Assembly: GCA_040902845.1 (NCBI GenBank)
Contig: JBBDWM010000024.1
Coordinates: 25,854-89,853 of the forward strand
Reading direction: 5' to 3'
Source of the DNA: Acidimicrobiia bacterium
GTDB taxonomy: Bacteria; Actinomycetota; Acidimicrobiia; Spongiisociales; ZC4RG35
DNA length: 64,000 nt
Within the stretch, counting starts at the first letter, position 1, and each line of letters opens with the position of its first letter. The notes beneath the pieces are model-generated. The model did not search any database and was not told the DNA's origin. It saw nothing but the letters and a program-made list of their open reading frames with translations. The translations under genes were made by a program, and so were the position numbers. Of the stretch, positions 27,450 to 37,426 are shown piece by piece.

Positions 27450-27609
27450 CGGTCGGCTCCTGGATCGAGTCTTCCTTCAGTTTTCTTTCTTCGGCCGCTC
27501 TCCGCGCACGGCGCTCCGCCCAGCGCAACGAGAAGATCGCGGCAAGCGCCGGGATCACAAAGATCCCAACTTCATCGATCCCCCAATAGTGGGCAAATAT
27601 GAGCATCAT
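27439..27609 (-). CDS. 56-aa single-TM microprotein between the membrane protein and ctaB (ATGA-coupled upstream, overlaps the ctaB start by 11 nt)
   Basis: It reads MMLIFAHYWGIDEVGIFVIPALAAIFSLRWAERRARRAAEERKLKEDSIQEPTDVD, with one TM helix plus a basic/acidic tail. It forms the tail of the otherwise R-rich spurious track ORF 27439-28485. Confidence 0.4.
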   Translation of the reverse strand: MMLIFAHYWGIDEVGIFVIPALAAIFSLRWAERRARRAAEERKLKEDSIQEPTDVD

Positions 27610-28964
27610 CCGGAAAGGATCAACAACCCGAGTGTGGTGAGAGCCACCATAAGGAGAAGCATCGCGTATTGGGAACGGACCGCGCCCGGTCCGAAGTCTC
27701 CAAGAGCGCGGTCGTGGGCCAGCACCACACCTGTCACATGCCCGGTCACGATCACAGCCATCTGCACGTACCAGATGGGCTCGCTGGTAGTGATGAAGAA
27801 GTCCACCTTGCGGTCGGCTGTCCCGAACAGGTCCCATCCCAGGGCGAAGGGATCGGAAACGGCCGCGATCAACTGCTGGCCCTCGAAAATGATCAAGGTG
27901 AGGTAGTGGGCCACCGCGTAGGCAAGGGCGATTGGAACCAGGGTGTGGGCGAAGCGGGCTGAAACGCGGCGAGCGGTCCAGTCGCCGCCCACCATCCGTG
28001 CCGCCGCCCACGAGGCAACCCAATAAGCAAGACCGATCATTGCGACCGATCCCAACAGAAGGAGGGTCGCTCCCAGCATCGAGTCCGCCATCGCACCGAA
28101 AGCAGACTTGAACCAGGCCGTGCCCGAGGCGCCGTCGTAGGTCACGGTTCCGATCGCCACGCAAACCAAGGCCGCCAGACCGCGCCATTCGGGCAAGACC
28201 GTCAACGCCCGGAGCCAGCCGCGCCACACCAACCGACCGTCCGTACGACGACCCAAGGGTGACAGCGAAGAGATCAACCGGTTGTACGGGGTGAAGGCAT
28301 CGAACACGGTCAAGCCCGTCTCCCGACCGGCGTAAGCCATGGCCGCGAATAGACCGACTGTGTAGACCAGGGCCGCCAATCCGAGAGCTACGGCTGATCC
28401 CGAGCTGTGATTGACCAGCTCCAACCAGGTGAAGGCGAGGAGCAGTGCCGCGGCTGGGAGGACACCGGTGGCATCGAGCAGCCACACCCGCTCGGCCTTA
28501 CCGACTTTGAAGGTGCGCCCCATGGTCCGCCAGGGATTGAGATCGGTGTACCAGTCACCGAGGACCGCGCCAACAAACGGCACCACCAGCCAAAAGACCA
28601 CCCACAACAAGACCGGGGCGATGGAGGGACGAGTGGGATCAGTCGTCAGACCGAAGGCCGCCACCGCTAGTTGCCCGATGACCAGCAGAAGACCGATCAC
28701 TCCCAACACCGGAAGCAGGCCCCTGCGAGGAATGGTCAACCGTGTCGGGTTGTGGCGGGGCCCATCCTGGAGCCTTGGCTCGGGCCAAAGGACCGCAAGG
28801 GCAACGAAGCTGACGACGATGACGACCCCGGCCGCGGCGATAAAGTAGGACACGGGGACCGGCAGGTCGAGACGCCCTCCGATTCCGTGTGCCAGGGCCG
28901 TCCCCGAGTTGAGAAAGACAAGGAGCAAGGCCCCGCCGACAATGCCGGCGCGACGTCTCATCAA
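27606..28964 (-). CDS. Integral membrane protein of unknown function (cleavable-signal-like N-terminus ...TALA|HGIGG, then ~10 TM helices) in the cta/heme operon
   Basis: The 452-aa protein is strongly hydrophobic. It is ATGA-coupled to the upstream lipoprotein and to the downstream microprotein. It does not match CtaA (no Cys pair). Confidence 0.55.
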   Translation of the reverse strand: MMRRRAGIVGGALLLVFLNSGTALAHGIGGRLDLPVPVSYFIAAAGVVIVVSFVALAVLWPEPRLQDGPRHNPTRLTIPRRGLLPVLGVIGLLLVIGQLAVAAFGLTTDPTRPSIAPVLLWVVFWLVVPFVGAVLGDWYTDLNPWRTMGRTFKVGKAERVWLLDATGVLPAAALLLAFTWLELVNHSSGSAVALGLAALVYTVGLFAAMAYAGRETGLTVFDAFTPYNRLISSLSPLGRRTDGRLVWRGWLRALTVLPEWRGLAALVCVAIGTVTYDGASGTAWFKSAFGAMADSMLGATLLLLGSVAMIGLAYWVASWAAARMVGGDWTARRVSARFAHTLVPIALAYAVAHYLTLIIFEGQQLIAAVSDPFALGWDLFGTADRKVDFFITTSEPIWYVQMAVIVTGHVTGVVLAHDRALGDFGPGAVRSQYAMLLLMVALTTLGLLILSG

Positions 28965-29395
28965 GGAGTTACTTGGATCTCGAACAACGGGAGCTGGCTC
29001 TCCTCGAGTTCGACTTCGAAGATGCCCTGAGCATCCGCCTCGAAAGAGATCTCGACCGGGACGCCGGGCTCGGCCTCGTACATGACGTCGTATCCGTGGA
29101 CATGGATCTCGTCGGCGACATCGGTGAGCACCGTGATCTCCACCTGATCGCCAAGTGCGTATTCGAAGAGATCCGGGCCGTCGACCACGCCACCGGCCAC
29201 GGTGACATCGATCTCACGGGTAGTCGTTGTGATCTCAGGAACGCTCGACGGGGGCGCGACCTCGGTGCTGGTGGTCCCGGCGAGCGTCGTGGTCGTGGCG
29301 GGGGTCGATGAGGCTTCAGTGGTAGACGTGCTGGAGGTGTTGTTGCAGGCGGCAATCAGTACCGCTATCAACCCGATCAGGAGCACGGTTCGCAT
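28961..29395 (-). CDS. Lipoprotein with Ser/Thr-rich linker and a C-terminal beta-rich domain (HxH motif; possible metal-binding)
   Basis: It has a lipobox (MRTVLLIGLIAVLIAAC|NN), a TSSTSTTEASSTPATTTT linker, and the domain ...VADEIHVHGYDVMYEAEPGVPVEISFEADAQGIFEVELE. Confidence 0.55.
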   Translation of the reverse strand: MRTVLLIGLIAVLIAACNNTSSTSTTEASSTPATTTTLAGTTSTEVAPPSSVPEITTTTREIDVTVAGGVVDGPDLFEYALGDQVEITVLTDVADEIHVHGYDVMYEAEPGVPVEISFEADAQGIFEVELEESQLPLFEIQVTP

Positions 29396-29596
29396 CCCGG
29401 CAAGCTAGGACGATTCGAGCCGAATGCCGATTCGGTCAATAGGCTCCCCCATAATGCGCCGTGACCCTCGACCGACAGTTTCCGAGGATGTAGACGAGTT
29501 GGCAGCGTCGAATGCTTGAACGTGATTCCATGGCTTCAGCCGGACGGTTCGCCGGGGTACGGGTCAGAGAACGATACGGCACAGCGACCAAGTCGC

Positions 29597-30496
29597 TTAG
29601 CCCACGAAATGGACGATCTCTTCGACCAGACGATCGGCGTGAGTCCAGGGAGCCTCGTGTCGGACACCGACCAGCTCCACGATCTTCGGGTTGGTGACCG
29701 CCGCACCCAACTGGTACTGCCAGGCAGGGGGAACCAACTGATCACGGGTAGGGATCAGGATCAGAGTCTCGGCCTCGATGCGACCCACCCAAGGTCGCGA
29801 ATCGAACCGAAGCAGGGCGAGTGTGGCCTGGGCCCCGGCGTCGGGGTCGCGGCGGTGAGTTTCCTCCCAAAGCCAACGAGCGTGACGCTGCTCGACCGCT
29901 CCGGTTGCGAGGAGGTACCCGGATCGAACTTCCGGAGTGCCGATGCCGGTCAATCGCTCCCAGGCGCGGGCGATCACAGTCCCGATCACGCGCAAGGTCC
30001 GCACCGGCTCGGGATGATGGGTGAACGTTGCGATCAGGACCAGCCGGTCGACCCTGGCCGGGTGTCGATGGGCCAACGATTGGGCAATGGTGCCGCCCAT
30101 CGAATAGCCGACGACCGAGACCACCCCGACACCGAGCCGGTCCAACACACCGGCCATGTCGTCAGCAATCTCGTCCACATCGAACCGGCCCCGCGCCAGA
30201 GGCGCCAAACCGTGACTCCGGTAATCAACCATGATGACCCGATACTTCTCGGCCAGCGTCGGCCCGATGCGATACCACTCGGCCAGCGAGGAGCCGGCCA
30301 GACCATGAATCAGCAGGATTGGCGGCGCCTCATCAGGGCCGAGGTCCCTCACCAGGAATTCCTGGTCGCCGACGAACACCGTGTGCCCGGGGTGACGCCA
30401 CGGATGCTCCTGGGGTGACCTGAAACGAGGACTGACCACCGGGCCGAACAACCGCCAGAGGATGAAACCACCCAAGAGACGACGCAGCAGCCTCAT
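29597..30496 (-). CDS. Alpha/beta-fold hydrolase
   Basis: It has HGLAGS and a GYSMGG nucleophile elbow. Confidence 0.8.
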   Translation of the reverse strand: MRLLRRLLGGFILWRLFGPVVSPRFRSPQEHPWRHPGHTVFVGDQEFLVRDLGPDEAPPILLIHGLAGSSLAEWYRIGPTLAEKYRVIMVDYRSHGLAPLARGRFDVDEIADDMAGVLDRLGVGVVSVVGYSMGGTIAQSLAHRHPARVDRLVLIATFTHHPEPVRTLRVIGTVIARAWERLTGIGTPEVRSGYLLATGAVEQRHARWLWEETHRRDPDAGAQATLALLRFDSRPWVGRIEAETLILIPTRDQLVPPAWQYQLGAAVTNPKIVELVGVRHEAPWTHADRLVEEIVHFVG

Positions 30497-30918
30497 CGGC
30501 CAAGGTCTCCCACCGCGAAAACCAGTTCCGTCACCGGCCGCCCTCCGATTAGATGCTCGTCGATGATCCGATCCAGCTTGGCGACATCCAACCCCGCATA
30601 CCAGGTGCCCTCGGGGTAGACGACACAGATCGCCCCCTGCTCACAGATCCTGAGGCAATCGACCTTGTTCCTGAGCACACGGCCATCGCCCGGCACGGTG
30701 GGAACCGCTTCTGCCCCCGGTATGCCGGACCATGACGGGGGAGCCGAGGTCAGACCCGCCACCTTGAGGCGATTTTTGAGGTGAGCCCACAGGGCACCTG
30801 TCTCTTCCCGCGGCGCGCATTTCGGTGTGGTCTGATCAGCGCAGAGAAAGATGTGATGCTCGGCACCGGGAATGGAGAGAGCCTCGGCAATCGCTTCGAG
30901 ACGTTGCTTGTTATCCAC
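30493..30918 (-). CDS. Thioredoxin-like [2Fe-2S] ferredoxin family protein
   Basis: The 141-aa protein has Cys ligands in [11 protein letters not shown] ... [20 protein letters not shown]. Confidence 0.65.
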   Translation of the reverse strand: MDNKQRLEAIAEALSIPGAEHHIFLCADQTTPKCAPREETGALWAHLKNRLKVAGLTSAPPSWSGIPGAEAVPTVPGDGRVLRNKVDCLRICEQGAICVVYPEGTWYAGLDVAKLDRIIDEHLIGGRPVTELVFAVGDLGR

Positions 30919-31011
30919 GCCCAGAAGTTAGAGCACCGCCGCAGATTTGTCGGCACGGGAGCGACGAGAGCTCTGGATTGGATGCCCTCCCCAGTTAGCC
31001 TTTGCAGACTC

Positions 31012-31488
31012 ATGACCGACCTACCGACGTTTCTCACCCCGGCCGCCAAAGAGAAGATCTTGGCGGAGCTCGAGGCGCTCAAAACCGAGGGCCGCAAGGA
31101 GATCGAAGAGAGGATCGCCGAGGCACGCTCGCATGGGGACATCCGGGAGAACGCCGACTACGACGCAGCCAAGAACGACCAGGGCATGATGGAGGCACGG
31201 ATCCGCAAGCTGGAGCATCTTCTCAACACCGCCGAGGTCAGGACGGTAGAGGACACCGGAAGAGTCGAGATCGGGAGCGTCGTGACCGTCGTCGACGGCG
31301 ATGGCGACGAGTTCGATTGCTTCGTTGCACCCCAAGAGAACAAGGTCGGAGGCATGCTGCTCGCCTCTCCCACCAGCCCGCTTGGAGGAGCGCTGCTCGG
31401 GGCATCGGTGGGTGACAAGGTTTCCTACGAGGCGCCTGCCGGAACCTTTCAAGTCTCGATCAAAGCGGTTCGGCCCTTCGAGGGTTGA
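31012..31488 (+). CDS. greA: Transcription elongation factor GreA
   Basis: An internal ATG gives a 158-aa protein with the coiled-coil N-domain ...RIAEARSHGDIRENADYDAAKNDQGMMEARIRKLE. The track ORF 30781 has a spurious N-terminus. Confidence 0.9.
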   Translation: MTDLPTFLTPAAKEKILAELEALKTEGRKEIEERIAEARSHGDIRENADYDAAKNDQGMMEARIRKLEHLLNTAEVRTVEDTGRVEIGSVVTVVDGDGDEFDCFVAPQENKVGGMLLASPTSPLGGALLGASVGDKVSYEAPAGTFQVSIKAVRPFEG

Positions 31489-31531
31489 TCGGGGTTAGCC
31501 TGACGCCGGTTTTCCGTCCGGGGGGTGGGCA

Positions 31532-32935
31532 GTGAGACTCCGACTCAGAAGTCCCCGTCAACTTGCAAAAGTCCTGATCAGCGCGGCGCGCCGCGATCGC
31601 GAGGAAGTGGCCGACTACCTCGACTCCCGACGCGCCGAATGGGAAGCGCTGGCAGGCGCCGCCCCTGGTGACGCCGCCGATGTCCTGGAACAGCTCACCG
31701 AGCAGGATGTGGCGGAACTTCTCACCGAGCTGAGCGCCACCGACGCCGCCGACATCCTCGAGCAGATCTCCCCCGAGCTGGCGGCCGAGCTCGTCGAGGA
31801 CATCTCCATCGAGGACCTGACGGCCGCGGTCAGTGAGATGACGGGCGAGTCCGCAGCCGACCTCCTCTTCGAACTCGACGACGACGTCACGGAGAGCGTG
31901 CTCTCGCTGATGGACGACGAGTCCGAGCAGGAGATCCGAAGACTGCTCCTCTACCCCCAGGACAGCGCGGGCGGTCTGATGACCACGGATATCGCGGTGT
32001 TGCCGATCGGGCTGACTGCTGGCGAGGCGATCGAACGGATCCGAAGCCTCAACGACGAGTTGGAGGACCTCTCATATGTGTACGTGGTCGACGACGAGGG
32101 CCGGCTCAAAGGGGTTATCTCGTTCCGCGACCTCGTCTTCAAGAGGCCCGGAGCCAGCCTCGACGAGGCCATGGTCCCCGACCCGGTCTCGGTCGATGCC
32201 TTCTCAGACCGGGAAGAAGTGGCCGAACTGGCCCAGCGTTATCACCTGTTCGGCATCCCGGTCACCGACGGAAACGGGCGGCTGCTGGGGATGGTGACCA
32301 CCGACGCGGTCATCGAAGCCGTCCAGGATGAAGCGACCGAGGACTTCGCGGCGGCAGTGGGCGCCGGTGTCGGGGAGACGGTGTATACCGATGTCTCCAA
32401 GTCGGTGCGGATGCGCTCTCCTTGGCTCGTCCTCAATCTGGCCCTGTCCCTCGTGGTCGCGCTCGTTATCGAGCAACAGACCGGGATCATTTCGAAAGAG
32501 CCGGTGCTGGCTGCCTTGATGCCGGTGGTTGCGTCGCTTGGTGGCAACAGCGGGAATCAGGCGCTGGCGGTGATGATCAGGTCCCTGGCCTCCGACGATG
32601 TCCCGAGCGCCCAGGTCTCAGGGATATTGCGGAGACACACCGGGACCGGCCTGCTCAATGGGCTCATCCTCGCCCTGGTCGCTGCCGGACTGACCTACTT
32701 GCTGCTCGGTTTCGGCATTTTCCAGACTGAGGCGGATGTCACCACGATGGCGATCATCGTGGCCGTGGCCTCCATGGCCAATCTTGTGATCGCAACTCTG
32801 GCCGGCGCCGCAATCCCTCTCATACTCAGACGGCTCGGTCAGGATCCGGCTCTGGCCTCTTCGATCCTTCTCACCACGATCACCGACGTGGTCGGCTTTG
32901 GTGGTTTTCTGCTGGTCGCCTCCGCCCTGCTCTGA
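31532..32935 (+). CDS. mgtE: Magnesium transporter MgtE
   Basis: It has an N-domain, tandem CBS domains and a 5-TM MgtE domain (GNSGNQALAVMIRSLA). Confidence 0.85.
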   Translation: MRLRLRSPRQLAKVLISAARRDREEVADYLDSRRAEWEALAGAAPGDAADVLEQLTEQDVAELLTELSATDAADILEQISPELAAELVEDISIEDLTAAVSEMTGESAADLLFELDDDVTESVLSLMDDESEQEIRRLLLYPQDSAGGLMTTDIAVLPIGLTAGEAIERIRSLNDELEDLSYVYVVDDEGRLKGVISFRDLVFKRPGASLDEAMVPDPVSVDAFSDREEVAELAQRYHLFGIPVTDGNGRLLGMVTTDAVIEAVQDEATEDFAAAVGAGVGETVYTDVSKSVRMRSPWLVLNLALSLVVALVIEQQTGIISKEPVLAALMPVVASLGGNSGNQALAVMIRSLASDDVPSAQVSGILRRHTGTGLLNGLILALVAAGLTYLLLGFGIFQTEADVTTMAIIVAVASMANLVIATLAGAAIPLILRRLGQDPALASSILLTTITDVVGFGGFLLVASALL

Positions 32936-32951
32936 GCGAGCAGGGGTGCCG

Positions 32952-33467
32952 TCAGCTGCCGAGGACGAACTCGCCTGAGTCGGTGAAGGGGCCTTGGAAT
33001 CGGATGATGGTCCCGCCCACCAGGCTCGCAAAGTGATGCTGCTCGATCAGAGCGACCTCCTCTGCGGTGCGGTCCGCTTCGGCCTTCAGATAGGCGTCGG
33101 CGGCCGCGGCGTCATCGAAGATCTCGGCCCCGTAGGTCGCAATACCCCGTTCGTACAGGTCGCCCAGGAAGTTCTCGAGATCGACGTCCGTGTAGGCACC
33201 GGGCCCGATGACGATGTACACGATCTCGCCGTCGGTCACCGGCTCGCGGGCCACGATCTCATAGGTGCCGACCGATTCACCGACCAGGGTGGTGCTCGTT
33301 TCGTCACCCGAGGCAACAACGGACGTGGTTGGTGACCCCTCCTCCCCTGGATCGGTGACCAAAGAGGAAGTGGTGGTCAGGGCTGCTTCCTCACCGTCAC
33401 AGGCTGCGCCAAGAACGGTCAGGGCAAGCAATGGGACGAGTGACATGGAGATCCGTCGAAGATTCAT
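32952..33467 (-). CDS. Hypothetical secreted lipoprotein
   Basis: It has a signal peptide plus lipobox (LVPLLALTVLGAAC|DG), and the mature part is acidic with a Ser/Thr-rich stretch. Confidence 0.5.
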   Translation of the reverse strand: MNLRRISMSLVPLLALTVLGAACDGEEAALTTTSSLVTDPGEEGSPTTSVVASGDETSTTLVGESVGTYEIVAREPVTDGEIVYIVIGPGAYTDVDLENFLGDLYERGIATYGAEIFDDAAAADAYLKAEADRTAEEVALIEQHHFASLVGGTIIRFQGPFTDSGEFVLGS

Positions 33468-33534
33468 GCCCGGTGAACGTTACCGCGGATGGCAGGGTTC
33501 CCACCGAGAACGAGCCTGGTTAGCCTCCATCCCC

Positions 33535-34944
33535 ATGACACCTGGCAGGTTCGGGGCTGCCATCGTGGCCGTCCTGGTGATGACCGCGGCCTGGATCGTG
33601 GTGGGAGGAGCACCCGCTCCGGTTGAGGCAGCCGTCGTGTGCCCTCCGGTCACAATCGACGACCTGTTCCCGCCCGATACACCACCTCGTCGTCCCACCA
33701 CTCCAACGACTGTTCCCGACGGTGACTCCACAACAACAACAACAACAACCACCACGGGACCGTCGAGCTCTTCGACAACCGCGCCGGTTTCAACTTCAAC
33801 AATCGTAGGTCAGCCGACGACAACCACTCCAGGCCACCCCACCACTTCCCTCCCGACGAGACCGAGGCCAGGGGGATGCACACCCTTCGAGTATCCGCTC
33901 AACTGGCCGGTGGAAAATCGCAGTCAGGTGACATCCAGTTTCGGCGACGATCGTGACCATGGGGCTCGCCACCATGAAGGGATAGATATCCAGGCGCCGA
34001 AGCTGACGCCGGTTGTCGCCGTGGCCGACGGCACGGTGGCGAGAATCACCCAGGAGATTGGGACGGAGAACTGCTGTTCCTTGGTGATCCGGCACGACGA
34101 CGGCTGGCAGTCGGTCTACGTTCACCTCAACAACGATTTGTACGGAACCGACGACGGCATGGGGGTCGGGGTGCGCCCGGACCTGGAGGTCGGCGCGAAA
34201 GTCACAGCCGGTGAGGTCATCGGCTGGGTCGGCGACTCGGGCAACGCCGAGGACAGCGTGGACCATCTTCATTTCGAGTTGCGGACGAGTGACGGAGTTG
34301 CGGTTGACCCAGCGCCGAGTCTGCGGAAAGCACGACTCGAGGCGGAGTTCCCGGAGACGCCGCCTGAATGGCCTTACCTGGACGATGAGACGAGCGCCGT
34401 GCAGTGGGTTGCCGCGAGGCTGCTGACCGAAGGGCTATTCCTGCCGTGCGATGAGTCTGGGCTCGACTTCTGCCCGGACGAGGTAGCCGACCCTGAGTTC
34501 GTCCGCGACATCGCCCGTCATCTCAGTGGCGTGGAGCCGCCACTGCTTGAAGGGCGCCTCCAGGACATGCCTCAGGTTTTCGAGCCCCTAGGCAATGAGC
34601 AACGTGTCATCGACGAGCTGATGGGATGCCCTACCCCCGAGCCGTGTCTCGAACTCGGGGTCGCCGAGTCCGACCTGGCGATGATCGCGGCCTGGGCCGT
34701 CGATCGGATCCAGAGTGCGGTGATCACTAATCCCGAGGTCGTGATCGAAATGGGCCAGTTGGATACGCTGCCCTCGGCTGGAGAGGCTGAAGCCCAACTC
34801 AGGGACAGTGGGCTCATCGGAGCTTGCAGGCCACCACTCGACGGTGGGCAGCTATTGACTCGGGAGAGGGCGCTGACGAGCCTCGTCCTGTGGGTCGTCG
34901 GGCCCGCGATCGATTGCGTGGAGATGAGTCAGCTGAGACGCTGA
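33535..34944 (+). CDS. M23-family metallopeptidase (LytM-like) with signal peptide, Thr-rich linker and a C-terminal domain
   Basis: The M23 motifs are HEGIDI ... GDSGNAEDSVDHLHFE. The linker TTTTTTTTTG is encoded by an ACA/ACC trinucleotide run near 33728-33750. The track ORF 33265 has a spurious N-terminus. Confidence 0.75.
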   Translation: MTPGRFGAAIVAVLVMTAAWIVVGGAPAPVEAAVVCPPVTIDDLFPPDTPPRRPTTPTTVPDGDSTTTTTTTTTGPSSSSTTAPVSTSTIVGQPTTTTPGHPTTSLPTRPRPGGCTPFEYPLNWPVENRSQVTSSFGDDRDHGARHHEGIDIQAPKLTPVVAVADGTVARITQEIGTENCCSLVIRHDDGWQSVYVHLNNDLYGTDDGMGVGVRPDLEVGAKVTAGEVIGWVGDSGNAEDSVDHLHFELRTSDGVAVDPAPSLRKARLEAEFPETPPEWPYLDDETSAVQWVAARLLTEGLFLPCDESGLDFCPDEVADPEFVRDIARHLSGVEPPLLEGRLQDMPQVFEPLGNEQRVIDELMGCPTPEPCLELGVAESDLAMIAAWAVDRIQSAVITNPEVVIEMGQLDTLPSAGEAEAQLRDSGLIGACRPPLDGGQLLTRERALTSLVLWVVGPAIDCVEMSQLRR

Positions 34945-35735
34945 GCAAATGCCCGTGCCAGGTCACTGGTGATCGGGCCTTCGCCGAACGCAAGGTCCCC
35001 AACCATCGAGACCGGCTGGATCTCGCGAATCGTCGACATCGCCATCACCTCCGACGCCGCTTTGAGCCGATCGAGAGGCCATCTCCCCTCGATGCACCGC
35101 ACGCCCAGCCGCGACGCGTCCTCCAGCACCGCACGACGGGTGATCGAATCGAGGATCCCGAGATCGAGAGATGGCGTTTCCAGGACGTCTTCGACCACCC
35201 ACGCCACACAAAACGTAGGGCCCTCGAGCATCAACCCGTCGACGGTGAGCAGGAGGGCATCGTCGAAGCCTTCCTGGGTGGCCCGCCGGCTTGCGGAGAG
35301 GTTCGGCGCATAAGAGAGGACTTTGGCGCCGGCCAGGTCCCAGTCGACCCCGGCCGCATGCCACGGCGCCGCAACAGGCAGGAGCCGTGCCGGGCCACGG
35401 CTCCCGGTCCAGGGATGTGCGAAGACGATCACAAGAGAGGCACCGGGCTCATCCGGGAGAGCCGAGCCTCTGGTCACCACCACCCTGACGGCGCAGTCAG
35501 GACATTCGTCTGCCACGGTCTGGATCCATCGGGAGATATCGGCCCGTGCCGGAAGCTCGATGCCCAAGGCGGCGGCGCTCCTCTCGAGCCGATCGAGGTG
35601 GGCGTCCAATGCGAACGGGACGCCGTGGTAGGCCTTGAGAACCTCGAAGCAGCCATCACCACGGAGAACCGACGAGTCGGTGACTGGGATGCCGTCGCCG
35701 GAGGCCTCGCCATTGATCAGGATCGTCGAGGTCAT
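34929..35735 (-). CDS. Class IV aminotransferase (aminodeoxychorismate lyase / branched-chain or D-amino-acid aminotransferase family)
   Basis: This is the C-terminal 268 aa of track ORF 34929-36428, from MTSTILINGE...DGCFEVLKAYHG. It is ATGA-coupled to nadE. Confidence 0.75.
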   Translation of the reverse strand: MTSTILINGEASGDGIPVTDSSVLRGDGCFEVLKAYHGVPFALDAHLDRLERSAAALGIELPARADISRWIQTVADECPDCAVRVVVTRGSALPDEPGASLVIVFAHPWTGSRGPARLLPVAAPWHAAGVDWDLAGAKVLSYAPNLSASRRATQEGFDDALLLTVDGLMLEGPTFCVAWVVEDVLETPSLDLGILDSITRRAVLEDASRLGVRCIEGRWPLDRLKAASEVMAMSTIREIQPVSMVGDLAFGEGPITSDLARAFAQRLS

Positions 35736-37390
35736 GGCGCCGGCGGCTGGTAGGCGTTGGTGATGGGTAGGCGGCGATCCTTGCCGAAAGCCTTGGTGGT
35801 GATCTTGACCCCGGGAGCAGCCTGTCTTCGCTTGTATTCGTTGCGGTCGACCATCCGACCCACCCGTGCCGCCAACGCCGGGTCGTAACCCTCGGCCACG
35901 ATGTCGGCCACGCTCCAATCGTCTTCGATGTATCGCTCCAGGACCGCATCGAGCACCTCGTACGGGGGCAACGAGTCGGAGTCCTTCTGATCCGGTCGCA
36001 GCTCGGCAGAAGGTGGTTTGTCGATGCTGCTCCGGGGGATCACCTCGCCGTCCTTGTTGCGCCAGCGCGCCAGGTCGTAAACAAGAGTCTTGAAAACGTC
36101 CTTGAGCACCGCGTAGCCACCAACCATGTCGCCATACAGAGTGGCATACCCGGCAGCCATCTCCGACTTGTTGCCAGTGGCCACCACCATCGGCCCATGC
36201 TTGTTGGAGATGGCCATGAGGATCGCTCCACGGGCTCTCGCCTGGAGGTTCTCCTCGGCCACACCAAACGACGTCCCGGTGAACAACGGATCGAGGGTTT
36301 TCAGGAAGGAGGCGTACACATGATCGACCGGCACCTTGTCGATGCGGATGCCGAGATTCGCGGCCAGTTCGACGGCGTCGTCGACGGAATGCTTCGAAGA
36401 GAAGCGCGATGGCATCGCCACCCCCCACACCGCGTCAGGGCCAAGCGCATCGGCTGCGATCACGGCGGTGAGCGCCGAGTCGATGCCTCCGGAGAGACCA
36501 ATGACGACGGATTCGAATCCATTCTTGCGGACGTAGTCACCGAGACCGGTGGTCAACGCCCGATAAACCTCCTCGATCGGGTCGAGAAGTGGAGTCAGCG
36601 ACGTACTGCTGTGTTTCTCCCCGGCCAGCGGGAGGTCGACGACGAACAGATCCTGCTCGAACTGCGGCGAGCGATGAATCACCGTGCCATCAGCACCCAC
36701 GACGATGGAGGCCCCGTCGAAGACCAACTCGTCCTGACCACCCACCAAATTGAGATAGACCACCGGCGTGGACGTGGCTCGAGCCCGTTCGATGATCATC
36801 CGCTCCCGGTCGGCCGCCTTGCCCCTGTGGAACGGGGAGGCATTGATGTTGAGCAGCAGTTGGGCGCCGGAAGCAGCCTGTTGCGTTGGCGGCCCGTCGG
36901 CGACCCAGATGTCCTCACAGATCGAGACACCTGCGACGACCCCGTCGAGCTCCCATGTCGCGTCAGGGCGGGTTCCCACCGAGAAGTAACGGTCCTCGTC
37001 GAAGACCCCGTAGTTGGGCAACAGAACCTTGTGATAGACGCCGGCAACCTTGCCATGCTGGAGGATTGCTGCCGCGTTGGCGACAGTCCGCTCCCGGGCG
37101 TCGGGAGCGCCTCTGACCACCGGGTCGGCGAAGTCGACGAAACCGACCACGACCGCCATTTCTTGTGATCGCTCGGCGAGCCGATCTCGGGCCTCGATTC
37201 CCATTCTGACGAAGTCGCGACGGAGCACCAGATCCTCGGGCGGATAGCCGTTGATGGCCAATTCCGGCAGCAGAAGCAGGTCGGCACTCTCGGCCTCGGC
37301 CCACGCCATCACCTCGGCGATGCGCGCCTCGTTGCCGGCCAGGTCCCCGACCGTGAGATTGAGTTGGCCTCCGGCTACACGGACTGGCAT
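35732..37390 (-). CDS. nadE: Glutamine-dependent NAD+ synthetase (CN-hydrolase + NAD synthetase domains)
   Basis: It has a nitrilase domain then the PP-loop GLSGGIDS. The start is MPVRVAGGQLN. Confidence 0.9.
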   Translation of the reverse strand: MPVRVAGGQLNLTVGDLAGNEARIAEVMAWAEAESADLLLLPELAINGYPPEDLVLRRDFVRMGIEARDRLAERSQEMAVVVGFVDFADPVVRGAPDARERTVANAAAILQHGKVAGVYHKVLLPNYGVFDEDRYFSVGTRPDATWELDGVVAGVSICEDIWVADGPPTQQAASGAQLLLNINASPFHRGKAADRERMIIERARATSTPVVYLNLVGGQDELVFDGASIVVGADGTVIHRSPQFEQDLFVVDLPLAGEKHSSTSLTPLLDPIEEVYRALTTGLGDYVRKNGFESVVIGLSGGIDSALTAVIAADALGPDAVWGVAMPSRFSSKHSVDDAVELAANLGIRIDKVPVDHVYASFLKTLDPLFTGTSFGVAEENLQARARGAILMAISNKHGPMVVATGNKSEMAAGYATLYGDMVGGYAVLKDVFKTLVYDLARWRNKDGEVIPRSSIDKPPSAELRPDQKDSDSLPPYEVLDAVLERYIEDDWSVADIVAEGYDPALAARVGRMVDRNEYKRRQAAPGVKITTKAFGKDRRLPITNAYQPPAP

Positions 37391-37426
37391 TACCGCCACG
37401 ATACGCCTCCCCTTAGCCTGAGCCCT

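Noticed and set aside
27606-28964. Calling the 452-aa membrane protein heme A synthase (CtaA) or CopD
   Set aside because: It lacks the CtaA loop Cys pair and characteristic His pattern, and its size and topology do not match CopD convincingly. I left it as unknown function.
29516-30418. 300-aa plus-strand ORF
   Set aside because: It is antisense to the alpha/beta hydrolase (GYSMGG motif on the minus strand).
36197-37168. 323-aa plus-strand ORF
   Set aside because: It is antisense to nadE.
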